Source of the DNA: Deltaproteobacteria bacterium
Lineage (GTDB): Bacteria > Myxococcota_A > UBA796 > JAFGLY01
Direction: 5' to 3'
Assembly (NCBI GenBank): GCA_016927815.1
Contig: JAFGLY010000169.1
Span: 1-29,815, forward strand
DNA: 29,815 nucleotides
Shown piece after piece: positions 25,630 to 29,815 of the stretch (position 1 is the stretch's first letter; every line of letters begins with the position of its first letter). The translations under genes and the position numbers were made by a program. The notes under the pieces are model-generated. The model made no database searches. It was not told the origin of the DNA and worked only from the letters and a program-made list of their open reading frames with translations.

Positions 25630-27447
25630 TCAGTACAGCACCTGCTCCTCGGTCATGGAGATCACCTCGTCGAAGGTGGTCTCGCCCATGGCCATCTTCC
25701 GGATGGCGCACTCCCGGAGCGTGAGCATTCCGTCGTTGAGCGCCTCCTTCTTGATCTCGGCCGCCGGTGCGCGCTCGGTGATGAGACGGGCGATCCGCGG
25801 CGTGACCGGCAGCACCTCGAACACACCCGTACGCCCGTGGTAGCCGGTGCCCCGGCACTTCGCGCAGCCCACGCCCCGCCGGACCTTGAGCTTGCGGTCT
25901 TTCGCGCCCGTGATCCGCAGGGCCAGGACCTGCTCCTCGGTGAGCACCTCGTCCACCGCGCAGTGCGGACAGATCCGGCGGACGAGGCGCTGGGCCACCA
26001 GGCCCTGGAGCACGCTCGCGACGAGGAACGGGTAGACGCCCAGGTCCAGGAGCCGAGTGACGCCGCTCGCGGCGTCGTTGGTGTGGAGCGTGGAGAGGAC
26101 GAGGTGCCCCGTGAGGGCCGACTGGACGGCGTTCTCGGCGGTCTCCGGATCGCGGATCTCGCCCACCATGATCACGTCCGGGTCCTGCCGCAGGAGGTTC
26201 TTGAGGGCGTTGGCGAAGGTGAACCCGATCCGGTGCTGGACAGCGATCTGGTTGAACGCCTCGTGGACGATCTCGATGGGGTCCTCGAGCGTGCAGATGT
26301 TGATCCGCGGGTTCTGGACGTGGTGGAGGGCCGAGTAGAGGGTGGTGGTCTTCCCGGAGCCCGTGGGGCCGGTCACCAGCACCATCCCCGATCGGGCGGC
26401 GAGCAGGCGCTCCACGACCAACAGTTCGCTCGGTAGGAATCCGAGGCCCCCCAGGTCCCGCACGTAGACCCCGGGGTCGAAGACCCGCAACACCACCTTT
26501 TCGCCGAAGGCGGTGGGCACGACGGACACGCGGAACTCCACCTCCTGTCCCTCGAAGGAGGTCTTGAACCGTCCGTCCTGCGGGAGGCGCCGTTCGGCGA
26601 TGTCGAGCCGGCCCAGCATCTTGATCCGACTCACGACCGCCGCGTGCACGGCCTTGGGCAGGCGGTGGATACGGTGGAGCACGCCGTCGATGCGCATCCG
26701 GACCCAGGCCTCCTCCCGCTTGGGCTCCACGTGGATGTCGCTGGCCCGCTGCTCCAGGGCGTAGTTGAGCAGGTACCAGACCGCCTGCACGATTGGCTGG
26801 TCGCTGGCATCGAGCTCGTGGGCGCCCTTCAGCCGGTAGAACTGCTCCAGGTTGCCCAGGTCGGGCAGGTCGGATCGGAACTCGGCCTCCGCAGCCTGCA
26901 TGGAGCGGCGGAAGCCATGAAACTCCACGAGGATCTGGAGGATCTCCGACTTGGAGGCCACCACCGGGCTCACCCGCTTGCCCTTGAACCGCTCGATGCT
27001 GTCCAGCAGTTCGCGGTCCCAGGGGTCGGCCACGGCCAGCGTCAGCCCATCGTCGGTCTCCTCGAGAGCGACCACGAGGTGCCGCTCGGCGAAGGGGCCC
27101 CCGAAGGACTCGGTCACGAGCCGGTAGTCGAGGGAAAGCGGGTCGAGGGTCACGAACGGGAGGGAGAGCGCTTCGGCCACCGCGCGGGTGATGGACTCCT
27201 CGTCGAGCAACGCCTCCGGCCGATCGGCCCGGTGGAAGCGGAACGACGCCACCAGCTCGATCTCGCTCACCGCGTAGGTGACCCGCTGCCGGCCGAGCAT
27301 CCGGCGCAGTTCGGCGCGCTTGTCGAGCAGGACGTGGCGGGCCTGGTCCCGGCCCCGGTTGCGGACGTCCTGTGCCTGGCCGGCTTGGAGCAGGCCCCGT
27401 GTCTGGAGCAGGGCGAGCAGGTCCTCGAGTCGCTTGAGGTGCGTCAC
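25630..27447 (-). CDS. GspE/PilB-family secretion ATPase (type II secretion / type IV pilus assembly ATPase superfamily) with N-terminal T2SSE_N/MshEN-like domain
   Basis: Proposed GTG at 27445-27447 overlaps the upstream membrane-protein TGA (GTGA). The N-terminal about 170 aa form a T2SSE_N-like domain. Walker A VLVTGPTGSGKTTTLYS, Asp box and His box (VLSTLHTNDAASG), Walker B DPDVIMVGEIRD, and a tetracysteine CPHC…CAKCRGTGYHGR zinc motif follow. In-frame upstream ATGs (to 27624) give Arg/Gly-rich junk that overlaps the membrane-protein gene. Confidence 0.85.
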   Translation of the reverse strand: MTHLKRLEDLLALLQTRGLLQAGQAQDVRNRGRDQARHVLLDKRAELRRMLGRQRVTYAVSEIELVASFRFHRADRPEALLDEESITRAVAEALSLPFVTLDPLSLDYRLVTESFGGPFAERHLVVALEETDDGLTLAVADPWDRELLDSIERFKGKRVSPVVASKSEILQILVEFHGFRRSMQAAEAEFRSDLPDLGNLEQFYRLKGAHELDASDQPIVQAVWYLLNYALEQRASDIHVEPKREEAWVRMRIDGVLHRIHRLPKAVHAAVVSRIKMLGRLDIAERRLPQDGRFKTSFEGQEVEFRVSVVPTAFGEKVVLRVFDPGVYVRDLGGLGFLPSELLVVERLLAARSGMVLVTGPTGSGKTTTLYSALHHVQNPRINICTLEDPIEIVHEAFNQIAVQHRIGFTFANALKNLLRQDPDVIMVGEIRDPETAENAVQSALTGHLVLSTLHTNDAASGVTRLLDLGVYPFLVASVLQGLVAQRLVRRICPHCAVDEVLTEEQVLALRITGAKDRKLKVRRGVGCAKCRGTGYHGRTGVFEVLPVTPRIARLITERAPAAEIKKEALNDGMLTLRECAIRKMAMGETTFDEVISMTEEQVLY

Positions 27448-29138
27448 GGGGGCAGGGTCTCCGGCACGGAACGTATCTCCGGCGCGGATGGGCAGAGACG
27501 GCGCACGTCCCAGGCGCCGCCCTCTGCCCCCGCCACGTGGGGCGCGCCCAGGACGGGCTCGAGCCGCGCCACCTCGGACGGCGTCCCGGCGATCACCGCC
27601 CATCCCTCCTGTCCGAGCGCACACAGGTCCGGTGGGTCCACGGCCATCCAGGCATCGCGGCTCGAAGCCACCCAGCGGCCCGTGTCGGAGCGCGCGGGCG
27701 GTGGGCCCGGCCGGTCGGGGTCGACCAGGAGCGAGCGGCCGTGCACGCGCTGGTCGAGAAGGGCCCGCTGGGGATGGATCCCCGGTCCTGCGGCGGGGAC
27801 CCAGACGAGCGGGCCCGGGGGCAGGTCACCGATGGCTGCCAGCACGTCCGGAGCCGAGGCGTCGGCCACCGGCAGCGGCCAGGGCAGCGGGGAGAGCAGC
27901 GCGTAGTCGAGGAGCACCGCGCCGGCCGCGATCGGGGCGACCGGGCGGCCGAAGCGGGTGCCGAGGCGCCGGCTGCCGCGGGCGGCCAGCATGGCCAGCG
28001 CCACCTGTCCGAGGAGCATCAGGCGGCCGTGGTGGTGGATGCGATTCCCCAAGGGCACGAGGTCCACCATCCACGCCGCGGGGTTGTCCACGCCGAGCGG
28101 GCTGCCGCCGGCCCTCAGGCGGGGGCCGGGCGCCAGGACCAGGGGAACGGCGAGCACCCACCACCACCGGCTGCGGCCCGCGGCGAGGGCCAGCGCCAGC
28201 GCCGCGATGCCCAGGTAGGCGGGGTGGAGCCGGACGACCGCCCCGGACGGAGGGGTGACGGGCCCGGGCGCCACGAACGACACCAGATCCGCACCGTCCC
28301 AGGGATTCAACGGCCAGAGCGGCTCGGGTCCCTCCACGCGCTGGCTCGTCTCTGGCCGGATCTCGCTCCAGGCCCTGGGCCCCAACAGGGCCACGGCCGG
28401 CGTGGCGAGGGCGGCTGCCAGGAGCGCGGCCGCCCCCCAGCGCCCCGCCTGCCGCGGCCGCCGCACGAGGGCGGCCAGGCCCGCCCCCAACGCGAGCAGG
28501 GACCCCATCAACGCCAGGTACGGGCCGCACCAGGCCAGGACGCCCAGACCGCCGCCCACGCCGGCCACCCACCGCCAGGACGGCAGGATGGGCGGATCCG
28601 TCTCCGCCGGCCGAGGGGGCACGGGCACCACCACCATCGCGGCCACCACGGCCAGGAGGCCGAGCGCGAGATCCTCCGTGAGCCCCGAGGCCACACTCCC
28701 GGCGAAGACCGGACCGAGCGCCAGGGTCAACCCCCCGATCCACGGGTGGCCCCCCGCCCGGCGGGCGGCCCAGGCGCCCCCGAGGAAGGCCCCGGCCACG
28801 GCGAGGACCTGGGCCAGGTTCCAGGCCGCGAGGATGCCCACCGCCCGGCTCGCCGCCCCGAACACCGCCGCGAGGAGCGGATCGATGGCGGCCCGCTCCA
28901 GGGCCACCGGAAGGAGCGCCGTGCGCGCGGGCCATTCGGGAAGCGCGAGGCCCCGCCACCACCAGGACCAGGCGTGTCCCCAGACCTCGCCGCCGCGCCA
29001 GGCGAGGATGGGCTCCCCCTCGGCAAAGGGCAGCCGGGCCGACGCGAGCCCCGCGAGCGCCAGGGCGCCGGCGAGCCAAAGGACCCACCGCTGTCCGAGC
29101 CGGGCCGACGCGCACGCCTTCGGGGAAGTCCGGGCCAT
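27444..29138 (-). CDS. Large polytopic (about 10-12 TM) Trp-rich integral membrane protein of unknown function, possibly GT-C-like
   Basis: ATG at 29136-29138 (MARTSPKACASARLGQRWVLWLAGALALAGL…). Many hydrophobic helices (AVFGAASRAVGILAAWNLAQVLAVAGAFLGG; LGLLAVVAAMVVVPV; GVLAWCGPYLALMGSLLALGAGLAALV; WWWVLAVPLVLAPG; LMLLGQVALAMLAA). Periplasmic-loop-like EGEPILAWRGGEVWGHAWSWWWRGL. Roughly 120-aa soluble C-terminal tail. The stop overlaps the GspE-like start. Confidence 0.65.
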   Translation of the reverse strand: MARTSPKACASARLGQRWVLWLAGALALAGLASARLPFAEGEPILAWRGGEVWGHAWSWWWRGLALPEWPARTALLPVALERAAIDPLLAAVFGAASRAVGILAAWNLAQVLAVAGAFLGGAWAARRAGGHPWIGGLTLALGPVFAGSVASGLTEDLALGLLAVVAAMVVVPVPPRPAETDPPILPSWRWVAGVGGGLGVLAWCGPYLALMGSLLALGAGLAALVRRPRQAGRWGAAALLAAALATPAVALLGPRAWSEIRPETSQRVEGPEPLWPLNPWDGADLVSFVAPGPVTPPSGAVVRLHPAYLGIAALALALAAGRSRWWWVLAVPLVLAPGPRLRAGGSPLGVDNPAAWMVDLVPLGNRIHHHGRLMLLGQVALAMLAARGSRRLGTRFGRPVAPIAAGAVLLDYALLSPLPWPLPVADASAPDVLAAIGDLPPGPLVWVPAAGPGIHPQRALLDQRVHGRSLLVDPDRPGPPPARSDTGRWVASSRDAWMAVDPPDLCALGQEGWAVIAGTPSEVARLEPVLGAPHVAGAEGGAWDVRRLCPSAPEIRSVPETLPP

Positions 29139-29199
29139 CCCGGGTCCGGTATCACGGGCCGGGCGAACCGGGCCGCTCCCAGCACGATAGGCGGTTTCC

Positions 29200-29724
29200 A
29201 TGGACACCCGCCTGCTTCTCCTCCTCGTCCTTGCCCTCCTCACGCCGCCCGCCGCCGGAGCCGGTCGTCGCCCCCGCCCCGCTGCCCGAGGGGTTCAGGT
29301 GGAGGCCGTGGGCGTGGTCCCCCTGGACGGCGGCGGCACCGTGCTGCTCGCCGACCTGGACCACACCCGCCTGGTGCCCATCTCCGTGGGCTCGACCGAG
29401 GCGCTGGCCATCGCGCTCCGTATCGAGCGCCGGCGCTACGAACGCCCGCTCACCTACGACCTGATCGATGCGATCCTGGACGGGATGGGCGGCGAGGTGG
29501 TGGAGGCCCGCATCGATGACCTCCGGAGCGGCACGTTCGTCGCCCACCTCACCTTCCGCGAGGGCCGTCGCTCCTTCACGGTGGACACCCGGGCTTCCGA
29601 CGCCATCGCGGTGGCGCTGGGTCGAGGCGTGCCGTTGTGGCTGGCGGCCCCGGTCCTGGACGGAGCAGGCCTGCCCTGGCCCGAGACGCCCCTCGTACCG
29701 GATCCCACAGCGCCCAGCCTGTGA
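29200..29724 (+). CDS. Bifunctional-nuclease (BFN/DUF151) domain protein with N-terminal signal peptide
   Basis: ATG at 29200, MDTRLLLLLVLALLTPPAAGAG signal-like N-terminus. The BFN domain follows (VVPLDGGGTVLLADLDHTRLVPISVGSTEALAIALRIERRRYERPLTYDLIDAILDGMGGEVVEARIDDLRSGTFVAHLTF). Confidence 0.7.
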   Translation: MDTRLLLLLVLALLTPPAAGAGRRPRPAARGVQVEAVGVVPLDGGGTVLLADLDHTRLVPISVGSTEALAIALRIERRRYERPLTYDLIDAILDGMGGEVVEARIDDLRSGTFVAHLTFREGRRSFTVDTRASDAIAVALGRGVPLWLAAPVLDGAGLPWPETPLVPDPTAPSL

Positions 29725-29741
29725 CCGGAGCGGATCGGACT

Positions 29742-29764
29742 CGGTTTGCTGGCGCAGCAAGTCG
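29742..29764 (+). terminator. Candidate intrinsic terminator hairpin downstream of the BFN gene
   Basis: tcggTTTGCTGgcgCAGCAAgtcga: 6-bp perfect stem (ttgctg/cagcaa, loop gcg), extendable to about 10 bp with two G-U pairs, followed by a T-containing tract (gttctgt), 18 nt after the stop codon. Confidence 0.3.
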
Positions 29765-29815
29765 AGTTCTGTCCCGTCGGAGGGGCCTCGGCAGGGCCTG
29801 GCGTGGACACAACGG

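Noticed and set aside
27537-29519. 660-aa plus-strand ORF and 429-aa minus-strand ORF (27826..29115) overlapping the polytopic membrane protein gene
   Set aside because: Arg/Gly/Pro-rich junk frames. The chosen frame shows regular hydrophobic TM helices and couples to the GspE start.

Overview
This 29.8 kb window is very GC-rich (about 70% by eye) and densely coding, with the look of a Gram-negative chromosome. GTG starts, 4-nt start/stop overlaps (GTGA/ATGA) and long spurious antisense ORFs are typical of this composition and point to a Myxococcota/Gemmatimonadota-like lineage. I can support about 25 protein genes. I found no rRNA, tRNA, CRISPR array or IS/transposase.

Order along the window:
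1. A minus-strand operon of exported tldD- and tldE-like metallopeptidase genes plus an HDAC/AcuC-family deacetylase.
2. A divergent AmmeMemoRadiSam-type radical SAM gene whose leader carries a 59-bp tandem duplication that includes the SD.
3. A COG4260 SPFH/Band-7 protein fused to two DUF4339/GYF-like domains.
4. rocD (ornithine aminotransferase), translationally coupled to a hypothetical protein.
5. glmU and uvrD/pcrA joined by a GTGA overlap.
6. An eight-gene minus-strand TonB2/Ttp-type operon: beta-helix-like lipoprotein, DUF3450, TtpC-like long ExbB, ExbB, ExbD, TonB, TPR (TtpD-like), and an Oar-like TonB-dependent transporter with CarboxypepD_reg domains.
7. An orphan OmpR-type response regulator followed by three zinc-ribbon proteins, two of which also carry DUF4339-like domains.
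8. An orphan GspE/PilB-family ATPase translationally coupled to a 564-aa polytopic, Trp-rich membrane protein.
9. A signal-peptide-bearing BFN (DUF151) nuclease.

The least standard modules, and so the best candidates for something undescribed, are the GspE plus polytopic-membrane-protein pair, the exported TldD/E-HDAC/radical SAM locus with its duplicated leader, and the recurrence of DUF4339 modules across three genes. All functional calls rest on motif-level reading of the translations and were not database-verified.
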